This document shows positions 37,934 to 51,522 of a DNA stretch of 64,000 nt, one piece after another. The number at the start of each line of letters is the position of its first letter. Within the stretch, counting starts at the first letter, position 1. Under the pieces are notes generated by a model. That model saw only the letters and a list, made by a program, of their open reading frames with translations. It did not search any database and was not told the origin of the DNA. The stretch lies in assembly GCA_004022145.1 (NCBI GenBank), contig RCNU01000001.1; one strand, written 5' to 3'. This DNA comes from Paecilomyces variotii. Its lineage: Eukaryota. The position numbers and the translations under genes were made by a program.

Positions 37934-39483
37934 TTACTCTGCCCGTGGAAACTCTGCATGAGACTGCGTCTCTGTCTTTCCTGGCTCAAACGCTTTCTTC
38001 GTCTTGCGCTCAGCCTCCTCTTCCTCCTCGTCGGCCAGCTTCTTCTCTTCGAGCGCTCTCACCCGTTTCACGAGGTCTGTGACGTGACCGTCCGCGCTAC
38101 CTAGACCGATTCCTTCGAGCGCCTTCTCTAGAAGGTAGAGGTATTCCGTGTTCTTGCCACTTTGTCCGTGGCTCACACTGATAACGCGTGCGACGGCATC
38201 TGGGTCGCGCTCCGCAGGATCTCGAAGGAACTGTGTGTTTGTGGGAAGGCCGATGTAGACCATGCAGGTCATGGGGACGCCGGCGCCAGCGAGTCCATTT
38301 TCACCGGAAGATTCAGGAGCAACGGGGTAGAATGGAGTGTAGTGTACTGTATAGCCGTTGATCTCGCGAATGTCTAGGTAGTCGTGGACTTCCTCCGCGT
38401 GGGAAGCAGGAATGTGGTAGGCAACACCCCAGACAGCGGAATCCGGGGAGGTTTCGAGATAGGCTTGCTAAAGGATCTGTGAGCAAGAATGTGTCAAAGA
38501 GAAAAATGCGGCTTCGAGCATGGTTTGGCCATGGCTGGGTCTAAGATAAGACAACAGATCCACGGATGCATGCATCTACCAACTTTGAGATGGACTAAAT
38601 GGAAACACAAAAGACCATAAGGGAACTTGACGAGGAGGATTACATACTGGATCATTCAAGGTCTCCCAAAAAGATCGTTCGATGACTGTCACCACGCGCC
38701 CGGGAGCCTCAGGGGTACCCCGATGATCCGCACTAAACAAATTTTGTCAGGGTTCTCAAATGGTCGTTGTAAGAATAAGCAAAGATCCTTATGCAAACAC
38801 TTATCCGTGAAACATGTAACTGCATATTCCTGGATAATATTTGGATATAGCTGCAAAGAAGCAAGGAGTGAGTGCCGGCAAATGGGGTAACCCTTACCTA
38901 GCCTTAACAAGGATATCGGATTAGCGAAAAACAGCCCATTCTGGCTCATATACGATCTACTCACCTGCCAAAACCTCCGCACATACCCATTGAGATGACC
39001 GGGGACTCTTTTATCTGATACGACCAATCAATCAATACCGTGCTGCATTTCCACCGCAAATTGCATATAACATGTGTGCATGGGATAGGATGAGATATCT
39101 AAATGAGCCCAACTTATTGAAACAGGCGAAGCTATTTCGCTGGGTACGTTGTAGATACCTAAGAAGACCCCAGGCGAAGGGTGAGAAGGCTGCACGTACC
39201 AAAATGCGGGGGTGGTTTCCATATCAAACTCCTGCGGCCGGGGGATCAGCTAACCCAATGTTTCAAGTCCAGAATAATAATAACAAAGAAAGTATAATAA
39301 TAAGAAGACACAAATAGGATCTGTGTATTATTATAAAGGATCCACGTGGATTTGTTACTCATAACAACAAGAAGAGACGTACCCGTAGCCGAATACCCAG
39401 AGATCTCCATCCGGGAAATGAGTCCGCCACGTCCGAGTACTCGAAGGCGTATGTACAGAAACCTTAGCTGGGGCTACAGCCAT
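37934..39483 (-). CDS. GCG1: ChaC-family glutathione-specific gamma-glutamylcyclotransferase; 6 exons
   Basis: Exons 39483-39383, 39231-39200, 39014-38965, 38902-38898, 38732-38648, 38467-37934. [64 protein letters not shown]. Confidence 0.93.
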
Positions 39484-41444
39484 AATGCGGACGGCCCCGT
39501 GGGAAAATATACTTGACGATCGAATCGAATCTATTTACCCCGTCTAGCAAGTTCAGGATCCCAGACTGACCTCGTGGAACTTGTCGCAGTGCGGCGACTT
39601 CCGGGTGCTAATTAGAGACGGAAAAGAGCCGATCTGGAACAAACGGGACAAAAGGACGATGCAGAAACAACTCAAGCAACCTGACGATGCTAAAGTTTAT
39701 GCTGGTTATCTTAATAATAATATCCACCTGTTCTCATTCAACGAGCACGTCATCCCAGCTGTGCCATCACCATCGTCGTCAATAGTAATAATAATAAAGA
39801 GGGGGACAAATCGCGATCTGCCGTGCTCGCATATCGCCCACTAAGTAAATGTGTTTGCACTGTTTGTTTCTCCGCGAGGACGCGGGCATCGATCTTGCCG
39901 ACCAGAGAGCCATTTTTCACTCCAAAGAACTGCTCCATCAGTAAGGAAATAGCGCTGGTTGAAGAGTAATAGTTCGTGATCCGATCCCCTCGACTTTCTT
40001 ACTTTCAAATGTTTCAGGCTCGGTTGGCATCGGTACTTGTCTGGTCAGAAACAAGCAGTTTGATTGGACCGGATACAACGAGAACTGATCTCCGTCTGAA
40101 TACTTACTCCGTAGTCAGAGCGACTTAATGCAGGATGCATCTAAAGACTAAGGTAGATAGGGAAGTCGATCGGCACAGTACCATTATTACTCAGGCTTAG
40201 CTGTTCTATCTCCAGATCCCCGAATGGTCAGATCATGGATCATGGCAAACGATTGGATGTCTCCACATACCTATCATAGCGCTGGTGCTAGGGAACTCCT
40301 TCCCAACAGATATAGGTAGGGAGTACGGAGTAAACCTATGAGCAGACAATCGTACAGAGCCTCCTCATCGTATCCGACCCAAACAAGGGTCTTGAAGATA
40401 CTAGGTTGAACATAGAGGACCGACCAACCTGATACGACACCGACAAAACAAAAGGCCTGGGCTAATCTTGCCAGATCAACTTCCAATAGTCATAGTCGGC
40501 AATATCTCTTTGCTGCGTTAAATCTTCTCTCACGTTGAACCCGAAAAGAACGGTCAGAGGCCTCAATAGCTTGTTGTACGGTATAGTTAAGCTAGCTTTA
40601 TCAGTGTCGTCTCTACCGCGTTCCCTCCGTCCTTCACAGCCCAACTAAACCATTGCGTATATACGGAAATGGAGAATAAAGTATAAAGAATGTACATATA
40701 GTACTGTCACTGGACATTATTATTGAAGAATCAAGCACCATCGACTTCTATATCAGCACGACATATCGAATAACCTAGTACGATCCACGAAAGAGTATAT
40801 ATCCAGCTACGATAGAAATCTGCCAAAGCTTCCTCATCAGGGTCTGAGAGCAGTTCATCTGCGGGGTACACGAGCAGGCAAGCGTCGAACATGTCTCCCA
40901 CAAATCAGAGAAGACATGGAGCCTTTCTCGGAAACTAGCCGCAGTCAATGAGGACGAACTACTGGAACAGTCATTCGCTAATATGATTGTCTAAAAGCAT
41001 TCTGTGACGAATCTTGTGAGAGGTAGAAGAGGAGCGAGCTACTGTGTGTGTGTGGCTGTAGCTACACGAACTCCTATGAGGACGATGTTTTGGTCTTTTT
41101 TATAGCATTCTCAGGATCGGGAATGGTGAGCTATTTTCCGTTTGGTGGTCTAGACTTGGTCCAATGTTCTTGTCTTGTCTATCCTATTATATTATCCCTG
41201 GCAATATATAAGTATGTCTAGACAATTCTATAGATCCCAATGGAACTGTTCATACTGGACATGCATCAAAAAGTATATGCTCAACTCCGAAAATCGTTGC
41301 GAAAACACATAAATACATCGGTATAAGACCTCACCCCATCGACCTACCATGATAGGTACTTCGAATGCCATCCATGAAAGAAGCCTGCTGCATACATGGG
41401 AAGAAACAGATTTAATTACCAACCGCAGCCCATCGTGATGCGAA

Positions 41445-42080
41445 TCATGAGTCTTCACTGGGACAAATCTCACAATCAAAAAGGAGCTGGTCGATCAAAC
41501 ACTGCTCCCTCTCCTGGAAAGTCTTCCGCTGAGACTCGAGCTCCTGTTGAAACCGACGGCGTTCATCACAAAGAGTTATCTCTAGCTCATCAACATGCAC
41601 TGCCATGTTTCTATTTGCCGTCTCCACATCTCTGACATGTTCCTGTAACCTTGCAACAGAGAACGCGACCTTGGCATAGTTCGGATCCGGCATTCTGTGA
41701 AGTAACTTTTTGACCTTCCTGTAGACGTGTGTTAGAGTTATGCAATAATACAGTTCCTGTTCGAGAATGTACTCACGGATACAGTCCGCGAATCGCATGC
41801 AAACGCTTCTTTATTTGTAGGAATTTGGTTCTAGGCACCGTGGACCAAGTCAACAAATCATCTTCCTGGTGAGATGTCAGCTTGAAGCTAAGGAAAGAAG
41901 AGGAAAAGAAGCATGATCTTGGCTCACATGTGGAAATCTTGCCCAAAGATCCTCGGTAGTTGTTTGCTCCATTCTGTGCGTCAAATCCCATCCGTCCATC
42001 TTTGCGAGTTCAGGGAAGGAGGGAGAACATGCTGACGAGCCATTTTCGTTCGAGTTATTCCGCAAGGTTGTGGTTGCCAT
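41445..42080 (-). CDS. Orphan 171-aa protein with predicted C-terminal coiled coil; 3 exons
   Basis: Exons 42080-41928, 41865-41777, 41718-41445, joined in frame by two canonical introns (GTGAGC..GCTGAC..CAG; GTGAGT..TCTAAC..CAG). Heptad-like VARLQEHVRDVETANRNMAVHVDELEITLCDERRRFQQELESQRKTFQERE. Confidence 0.72.
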
Positions 42081-43722
42081 TTTTGTCTATATCGCTGCTA
42101 GAGAGATAAATTATGTAAATCTTGTTGATGACCTTGGCTTATAGAAGAGAAAATGTATATAATAAGAGTGACTCGATGTATGAATTATGAGAACCTAACG
42201 ATAGAAAAGGAAAGGAAACATGAATGATATAGAGCACCGCAAATGATAAGACCTTTCGCAAATAACATCATAGCAATGTTAGGCGACGATGAGGAAGGCA
42301 GGACCCTCATTCTGGCGTAGTTGACAAACTTCCCCGGAACCTTCCAATAGATGACCTTGGGCTATTTCCAAGAAAGGCATAACAGTATCTACCTAATTTG
42401 CTTCTCTGGTTGCCTTATCAGGAGCCATGGGAGTATATATTTGATCAGAATATGAAAATCTCGCAAGCACGCATGGACCCAAAATGCTAGCATCTAGATC
42501 AGGCTGATCGACGATAGTGTGATGCCGTTGTACCGACAATCCACTCTGCTCCGGAGTCCAGGTGCCTTTCTGGTTTGGCTTGTAGTTCTTGATCGAGTAT
42601 TCATCGACTTGACTACTAGCCTCGAAACGAATTGCAAATAGGCTCAAGGAACTGTGTTGGCGCACAAAGCGTACGTCCAAGTGACCTGTCAATCATCCGT
42701 TTGTAGTAGGTTTCTCGGTATCCTACTTACAGGACAGAACCTACTATATCGCTAGATTCTTTGTATGCTGTAGAGATATATATGGGTTCAAATCGACCTG
42801 AGAACCAGAGTTAAGCAAGTAAATCAATCAATCTAGCAATTAGATTCGACAGAACGTGGAAACGACTATCCATAGTCATGGCATTTCATGGGTCGTTGAT
42901 GGATTTCTTAGGTGAACCCAATCCTCAGACCAGCAGAGTAGGTATATGCAGATGTAAGGAGCCAGGTTCTTCTAAGTTTATACTGTGAGATCGTGTGATC
43001 GCATACCGATAAGTACTGAGATTGGGACAGGATAAATACGTAGGATTGTTTAATTTTTGATAGACATAAGATGTAGGGGAGAAGTCTCAAAATAAAGGTA
43101 TTCAATGTAGCATGCTGCAGACGATAGATAGGTGAATAGCGTCTATGAAAGGAACTGGATAGAATTCCTTCTTGCATTAGCAGATTTGTATGTGTCCAAT
43201 TGGTCTGACGTCTTACATATATATATAATCGCAAGGACGATCGCAAATTGGCTGTCTTAGCTTTATTGTAATCAGGCTTAGTTATTTATGATGACTGCAG
43301 AGTATTCATCTTTCAACTAGACAATTCCGCCATCTGAGGTCATTAACTCTTTCAGTGAACAGCAATCGATTGTTATTAACTGTCGAGCAAGAGGCGGCCC
43401 GACCCACGCAAAGCCGCGACGGGAAGTGCCACAACGAGTGGAGCACAAGGATCATCCTACGTCAAATGTCCGGCACTTGTTGCAGAAGTATTCTAGATCA
43501 ACCTGCATTGTTTCATCAATTGTGCAATGTCCATACTCTAGTTGCCTGACTCTTCTATTATCTCTCAATATATAGGGAGTTTTGTAGATAGCTCTCCTTC
43601 TATCTTCTCTCTGCTCAGTTTACACTGTTCTTTCTCATCACAGAAGGCGCCCGTTACCTACTACTTGTACTGCTGGTTATCTACACTGCTGAACTGCTTC
43701 ATGATATCCCAATTTCTTAGCT

Positions 43723-44784
43723 ATGTCTGCACTCATCAATCTTGTCAAGTCTCGCCTCAATCCGCCCGCAGAACCGACATCAGTCTCGTTTGCGGGTAAG
43801 ACCATCCTCTTGACGGGTGCGACGTCAGGGCTGGGTTTCGAAGCAGCGATCAAGTTTCTCAACCTGGGTGTCTCCACCTTGATCATAGGTGGTCGGAATA
43901 TTGACCGATGCAATCAAGCCAAGGCTGAGCTGGAGAAACGGACAAATCGTCCTGGCGCAGTACAAGCATGGCTCCTCGACATGAACAGCTTCCAAAGTGT
44001 CGTCGAGTTTGCCGAACGAGCGCGTAAGGAGCTCCCTCGATTAGATATCGCAGTACTTAATGCTGGCCTATTTCATCGTGCTTACAATGTCTCGAGCGAT
44101 GGATGGGAGGAGACTCTGCAAGTCAACGCCTTATCGACTGCGCTGCTAGCGCTGCTGCTTCTTCCGAAACTGCGAGAGAGCACTTCCGATTCGGAACCTG
44201 CACATTTGACGATCACGTCTAGTTACCAGTTCACGCGTGTCAAGGCTGAGAGTCTAAGGACCGATGGGAGACTCCTCGAGCATCTCAACGACCCAAAGAG
44301 ATTCAGCGGTGGCAAGCAATATGGAATCTCAAAGCTTCTCCTAGAATATGCCATCAAGAACATTGCGCGACTGACGAGGAACGACGATGGTACTCTCCAG
44401 GTTATTGTGAACTCTGTCAGCCCAGGATTCTGCGGGTCCAGCCTGGGTCGGCAGTTCAACAGGTTCTACGAGAGATGGGCAACATGGCTGCTCTACAAGC
44501 TCTTTGCTCGCACTCCAGAGGAAGGCAGTCGGTCGCTCGTGAGCGCTACCTACCAAGGTGTGGAATCTCATGGGAAATGCTGGAGGAGTGATGGATATCT
44601 TGAGTGAGTGGCCATTGAATCAATTGCTAACACAGCTAGCTAACGGGGGTCCAGCGAATCTAGGACGCTCACGACCGGTACAGAGGGAGAAATGTTGAAG
44701 GAAAAGGCTTGGAAGGAGATTATCGAAGTTCTCAAGCCCCAGGCTGCCGAGGTAGAACAGATCGCAGGGAGCATCTCAGGCTAG
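43723..44784 (+). CDS. Short-chain dehydrogenase/reductase (retinol-dehydrogenase/WWOX-like); 2 exons
   Basis: Exons 43723-44603 and 44655-44784. TGATSGLGFEAA, LDIAVLNAG, WEETLQVN, catalytic YGISK, VNSVSPG, ARTPEEGSRSLV. Confidence 0.92.
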
Positions 44785-45576
44785 CAAGCTCCAGGACTGA
44801 GGAGGTATTACCAGATTCTCTATCTATGCTTGTCATCAATTCCCGTGAAATGGAGGCATGTCGGATACTGCCAGCAGGTCATGATGAATCGCCGAGGTTG
44901 CCATTGATGCCTGCTCTAATCACAGCAATTGATGCGCAGACTGTTGCCCTGATCTATGTGAAGAAGAGCCAGCTGAGAGTGGAGAAGTATCAATGAGTCA
45001 GGATAAAGCAACTTTCGATAACTACTAGAGCTCCTCGGGCGCAGTCCGATCTATAATTATACACAATCGCGGACTTTGGAGAAGCATTTGCCACTATCGA
45101 ATCGGATTTCTTATGGAGCTGTGCAGCTCCACAACTTACGGCCAGTCGTCGTAAGGCTGCGTCTTTGCAAACGCGCGGAGGGACTTTGCTGCGCGGGGTC
45201 TTCCTTTCTTTCCAAGCAAAAAATCGCAAAGGATTCCACGTCCGAATCAGAACGTATAACCGAAGAGACAATGGTGAATATGTGAATAGCATTCAATACT
45301 GATCGTTTACTAGTTCTCCTTTTTTCCTAGTATGGGTTTTGGGCATCTAGCCCCACCAACAAACGCCAAGCTTGCGAACGAGCTGTAACGGACGGGCACC
45401 CCGACGACGAGCGAACTTGCAAGCGCAAAGATCAGCATCGACACCATAAAGCACTGACGCAGAATTCCCTTTTCTGTTCTCTTGTACATGTCATAAATAG
45501 AACAATAACACCATCTACCGCACTGCGCTGAAGTTCAGAGACGACCCCGCGAACATACACGCTGGTAGTTCGCGAG

Positions 45577-46744
45577 ATGGCGTACAACAGCTCCTACAAC
45601 CCGGATGCGCTCCCAGCGTAAGTCTCAAGCTCTTTTCCAGGATTTGACAGATATTTTAATGGAATAGCAAGCTGACAGCATAATTCTGGATAGGCATGCG
45701 GAACCAGAACAAGTAGGCAACTGCATTTCATCTTCCACTCGTCTTGTTCTCCGCGCCTATTGGCAGCAGTCGACGGACTCACGACTGACGACACACCGTC
45801 CTATATAGGTGGCACAGATGATAGGCGCCATGCAGGCGTCTCATCAACATAGACCTCGAGCATCCTCACATAGCGCACCGCCTGGCCACCCACCGCAACG
45901 CGTCTCTCCCGCGATCCCTTCTCAAGGCCCTCATCCTCCCCCGCAAGCGACACAGCATCATTATCCCAGAAAACCGTCACCGGGCGCTGCAACAGGACAC
46001 TATAACTATGGCATTCACTCTCCACCACCACAGAACTATGGTTACGGTCCCCCACCTCCTAGGCCTGCGCAGAATAGGCCGCCTCATGTTTCGCGTCCTC
46101 CTCACTCGCCCAATCCTCCTCTAACGACGCCAAACGAGGATCCTAAGCAGTTGTATCCTCTATTCCGCGCAGCGAACGTGTCTCATTCGGGAGCTCTCAC
46201 CGAGGCAGAGCTGGGTTCTGCCCTGGTCAATGGAGACTACACGGCGTTCGATCCAAACACGGTGAAGATGATGGTCAGAATGTTCGATAAAGATGGCAAC
46301 GGCACGATCAGATTCGACGAGTTTGTATCGCTCTGGCGATATCTTGCCGCTTGGAGAGACATTTTTGACCGGTTCGATGAAGACCGTAGTGGACGCATCA
46401 GCCTAGGGGAATTCGAGAAGGCACTGGTCGCATTCGGGTATCGTCTCAGTGAATCATTTGTGGGCGTATTATTCTCTACGTTCGAAAGCAAAGGACGAAG
46501 GAGAAACGGACCAGGGCTGCTACCAGGCAAGCCTGGTCTGAGCTTCGACCTCTTCATACAGAGCTGTATGAGTTTGAGGCGCATGACTGAAGTTTTCAAA
46601 CGTTACGATGACGACCGAGACGGCTACATCACTGTGAGCTTTGAGGAGTTTTTGACCGGTAAGGACTGACCTGTGACTCTATTCTGCTGTGCTAGGACTG
46701 ACGGACTATATATTATTGCAGAGATCCTCCAATTGCAGGACTAG
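45577..46744 (+). CDS. PEF1: Penta-EF-hand Ca2+-binding protein (peflin/Pef1-like); 4 exons
   Basis: Exons 45577-45617, 45694-45712, 45809-46658, 46722-46744. MAYNSSYNPDALP, Pro/His-rich N-terminus, EF loops DKDGNGTIRFDEF, DEDRSGRISLGEF, DDDRDGYITVSFEEFL. Confidence 0.9.
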
Positions 46745-47910
46745 ATTTGCTGTTTTGTTTTCGATATTGCGTATAACCTTGCATCGATTCCCATACCCCA
46801 TTTATTGCACGTCAGTTATATTTGTAAGAGCCTGTTGTGTGGCTTAAGCACGCCCCCAGCATATATGCGATACGGCTCCAGATAGACAATCCAGATTTAA
46901 TATACCCAGAATAAGTCACTTTTGGAAAGAAGTGCAAACTATCTATAGATAGATACAAGGTTACAATTATGTTCACTTCTTCCCCAACCACTCCATCACC
47001 TGTATAGAGAGTCTTCTTGTGTCCAAATCAAATAAATCTAATACTCGACCCATGCTCGCTCTGATTAATCAAGTCACCCGGTTATAGTTATATAGAAGGC
47101 CAGACAAGGCGGGAATATTGATAGGCCGCGCGCGCCACTTCTCGAGACTTCCAGCATCTCCAAGCCAACCATACAAGTGTTAACAAACCGCGGCCTGATA
47201 GACTCTAGTTAGTTCCCCGGACAGAGCGAGTTTGGGGGACTAGCAACAATCAACAGAACTCCTCTGAACCCAGCATTCTCCATTCACGTATGTGGCAACA
47301 GAGGAAGGAGGTGAAGTCATATCGATGTGCTGTCAAGGAAAATTGGGCCGTGAGCAGACTAGATGCGTTGATATATTATTACATTCGTTATAGTCTCTAT
47401 ATAGCTACCTCGATTCTTCATACGACGCTCACCTCGTAATGTGTGCAGTCTCTCGTCCCCGATACCCCATACGCTTCGTGGTTAAACGGCTGCCATCTGT
47501 TATCCTGTGACATGATGTAGGTGTTCTACGGGAATGAAACCAACGGGCGTATGCTCGAATTTACGAAGTCTGAAATCTAGAAAGCAGCTCCACCGCGCAT
47601 GATTCACATGTCTTCGTCAGAGACGACTTCTAAACAAATATAATACCGTTATCAAATCAAGATGATGAATCTTTCTTTTTATTTATTGAATAAGTATAGT
47701 TACCAGCACTAGTCTCGCTAGAGCGGTCAGCCCGAAGACAATACCTCCTAATCCTATTCCCCGTGCACTTTACTGCTTCATGGTATATAGAATGAATATG
47801 TGTATGAAAAGACTATGATGCAACGGCCGTTCAGTCGAAGGCGAAAAAGAAAAAGAAGTATAATTAAGGCTACCTTTGTCCTTTCTCTCGCCTCCTTCTT
47901 CCAAGACGGT

Positions 47911-50707
47911 TCAGCGATCAAACCTATTCAGCACCTCTGGTGGTACGGTCGGGATATATTTGCGGGCGCGCTCGCGGTTGGTACCTCCCCATCCGGCGCC
48001 GTAGGTGATCAGCATATCCGTGCTGGTGGGTAGAGAGAAAGGAAGGGTTAATGAAGGGTCCAAGAGGAGTAGGTTGCGCTCAGTTTCGAATCTGGTGGAA
48101 CCTGGTCGGGGAGAGGCATTGATGGAGGAGGCCGCTGGGGATGTGACTCCAGGACTACCAACGGTGTCCTTACCGGCGGGAGTCATGAGGATGCTGGGGT
48201 TAAGTGGGATAGACGGTTGTTCATTTACCGGTGTCACTGGAGGGATATCACTCTGGTCCGTTTCCGACTTCGAGGCGGGTTTCGCTTCTTGCAGTTTCTG
48301 GTGTTCTCGAAAGAGAAGCTCTGGGTCATTCTGTAGATCAATGAGGAACTTCATGGCCGACTTCGTGAGGCCCTTCTCTCCGACCTCCGGTCGATAACAC
48401 TTCACAGCATGGATGAGTTGAGCCGGCGTCAGCTGCTGGAGCTGGAGCAAGGTAGTGACGAGAGACTCGAAATCGTCCCCCAGAGAGGAGAAACATTGTA
48501 GCCACTGCAGTAGCTGGATAACAGGTGCCAAATGCCTTCGAGCTGCCTCGATGGTACTCTCTCCAGTGCAGGTCGTGGACCCATTCTCGTAATGCTCCGG
48601 CTGCCGATTATTTGTCCTGGCCCAGTCCTCCAACGCGGACACGTTCATTCGAATCTGCATAGCCTTTGTTCGCGCGAGATACTTTTTCGTCGTCATTATG
48701 CGGTTGAAGAGTTCTGCTCCCAGCCAATACAGGAGCTGTGACAATATCTGAGTGGTGATAACAGAGTGGACATCGTAGAGGTCGAGGACGAACAGGGTCG
48801 ATGAGAGCAACGACGTGACGTTGCGAGGCGATATCTGAGCCCGTCGTTTCGGAGACGGAGGCCGGAAACGCTTCTCGGCTGGCTCAGGCGGTTTTGCTTT
48901 GGACTTTGAGCGGAAGAGTTTCCACTCATTCTGGAAATGGACATCTTCAAACCCAGGTATCGTCTCATGGTCCAGCATCGCTTGGTCCAAGACTTTATTC
49001 ATCCGCCGCTCAGCGTCCCGGATGATCAGAATGAATATCTCGTTGATGAGCTCCGCGAGATGCAACTGGAACTGCACCGTAGACTCTACCAGGCCCATGT
49101 CTTTCTTCAGATAATGAAGCAATAATGTCGCATTGGATATCCAGAACGCGAGAATCGTCATATCCCACTGATGCCGCTCAACGACATCGTTAATTCTCTC
49201 AGTTGCAGACGTCAGCAGTTTCGCTAGAAGCTCAGGGCTAGCGTGGTAATGAGCATAACGTGCGCTGAGAAACAATAAGTTAGCCGGCACCGGCTTCTGA
49301 GATGGCGAGCGCTGAGGTGTCATATGCGTGATGATGATATCTAGGATATTATCTAGCTCATTCTCCTGGAAGACAAACATCTGATCGTTCAGACATCTGT
49401 CCCAGACGAATTCCTGCTGGTCATCCTCCAGATCGTCGTCGACTGCCTATTGTTATAAAACATATCAGTTTTGGCGCCTACAGATAAACATCTTCCTCAA
49501 TCAGTGGCCAACGTACCTCAAACTTCTCGTCCAGACCGAGACTAGATAGATCGACTTCGAGATTGATGGCGCTCTCCTCCATCATCATTCGCCGCTTCAT
49601 TTCGTTCTCGGCAATCTCCTCTTCGAATCGGCCCTGCCCGAAACCAGAATCATAAAAGTCATCTTCTATTGCCGTAGATCCAAAGTGGTAGCCATTGTCA
49701 TGTAAGTAGTCGGAAATTTCCGTTCCCGGTTGGGCGAAATCGAAAGCCGTGCCTCCAGAGGACGACTTGATATCTGGCGATGCACCATGGTCGAGAAGAA
49801 TCTTCGCAATAGTCTTGTGGCGGTTCGTCATTGCCCACATGAGAGCGCTCCATTGGTTGCGATCCTGCTTGTCAACAAAAGCGCCCGAGTCCAGAAGCGC
49901 GGATACGACATCGAGATGACCCTACATCGCAGTCAGCACGACAGCAAAAAGCCAATGTACCCCGGCCCACACGGCTGAAAGAACTCACAAAGCAACTCGC
50001 ATATATCAACGGCACTGTCCCCTCCTCATCTGGCATATTAACATCCACATAGTCCTTCGCCTTTCCTTCCAGGATTTTCCGCACACGTTCCACATCCCCA
50101 TTGCTAGCAGCCATATTCAGACTCTTCTGAAGGATTTCTCTTTTCTTCTCATCGGAAAGCTTCTCGTCTGCCACGATATCATCTTCATCCGTCCCGATCG
50201 TTTCCACTTCCCGATGGGCTGCCTGAGCCGCCAGCATCTCCATCAACCGGGCATCGCTATCCTCAATACGCGCGGTGGTCGTTGATGCGGCATCATCTTC
50301 AGCATAACGTCGCGTATATTGACCTCGCGCGTCATGTTCATCATCGTGTGAGTGGTCGTCCAGGGTGAGGTTGAAGGTAAGAGGTTTGGCAGCAATGGGT
50401 GTCGTGAGGAATTGTGATTGACCTGTAACAACAAAAGCATTGCGAGTCAGTCATCGAAAATGGCCAGACAATCCATCTTATGATGCGACAGGACTCTTTG
50501 AGTCTCTGCGGACGAGGAATGCCCACCTTGCCAACCATCGTACATCTCCGTCTCCGATGGGAAGACGGGCACGGAGCGGCGGTCATCGAGGGAGGTCGGT
50601 AGATCATCAGGAAGCGTTCTTGAATTCCGGATATTAGACGCATCGAGCGCATGATCCTCATCTTCAAATTCGGGCGAATTCCCGTGAGGCGGGTCCGCAA
50701 CGTCCAT
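47911..50707 (-). CDS. Ankyrin-repeat and DIL (dilute) domain protein; 4 exons
   Basis: Exons 50707-50527, 50422-49989, 49921-49517, 49446-47911. Ankyrins (MAASNGD, VPLIYASCFGH, SALMWAMTN); DIL region QILSQLLYWLGAELFNRI...AMQIRMNVSALEDWAR...LTPAQL. Confidence 0.9.
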
Positions 50708-51522
50708 GGCTATGGTGAAGTTCGAATGAGGCTGGTGGTGGTGCGGGACATCAAAGACGGAGACGAGAGCGTCGCGCCGGATGTTGCTCCATGAGACAAA
50801 GCGGAGACGGGATAGAGAGAAGGCCCTTTGCACAAGGCAGATTTGGCGATAATTTTTTCTTTCCAGGGGAAGTCGCTCAACATGCGACAATCCACCATGG
50901 ACGGTCGGGGAAGATGTGCTCTGGGGACTACGTAGATCAGCGCCGCCATAGAATGCAGCTTTCGGGGTCGCCCAATGACGCACGCAGTGAAGATTCTCCG
51001 ACACTGCAGTATAACTATCGTTTATGCAGTCTCATCGGACTCTTTTTCTACAAGAGAGAACCATCAGAGAGCGTATCGCCTGACATATTGTATTCACAAG
51101 CATTCTATCATGCTAAGCTCGCTCAAAAAAAAGGGGTCAGATACTCAGATCGCCACTCACCGCAAATTTGGTGAGGAAACAACAGAACTCCACGCTAAGT
51201 GCTTCTTTATTATGATCAACCAAAATGCCGCACTATATCTGAATCAACAGAATAGCATACGCACAGGGATATCCAAAGCGAAACCACGGGATATAATGTA
51301 CAGAAAAACAACTCGATAGCAAAAGCCGTCAAAGCAAGGCCCAGTTCTGGTATCATTCGATAAACATTGAGTACATCGCGGGGTAAATCTCATATACAGA
51401 AAAAAGACATGCACTGTGTAGGTATTATTATATACGTGCAGGGAAGAAAACAGATAGCCGCCCAAGATGCATGAAACCATTTACATGTCGATTATGCTCA
51501 TTCAGAATGGGTATTCGTAATT

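Noticed and set aside
43288..43337. ATGATGA...CTGA box C/D-like pair
   Set aside because: Only 50 nt, no terminal stem and no rRNA-complementary guide that I could recognise.
44782..44790. Possible stop-codon readthrough at the SDR TAG CAA
   Set aside because: The context TAG-CAA-GCT does not match CAR-YYA, and the extension does not end in a PTS1.
44881..44952. 72-nt ATGATGA...CTGA snoRNA candidate downstream of the SDR gene
   Set aside because: The putative guide resembles an 18S complement only with indels, the terminal stem is poor, and it lies in a probable 3' UTR.
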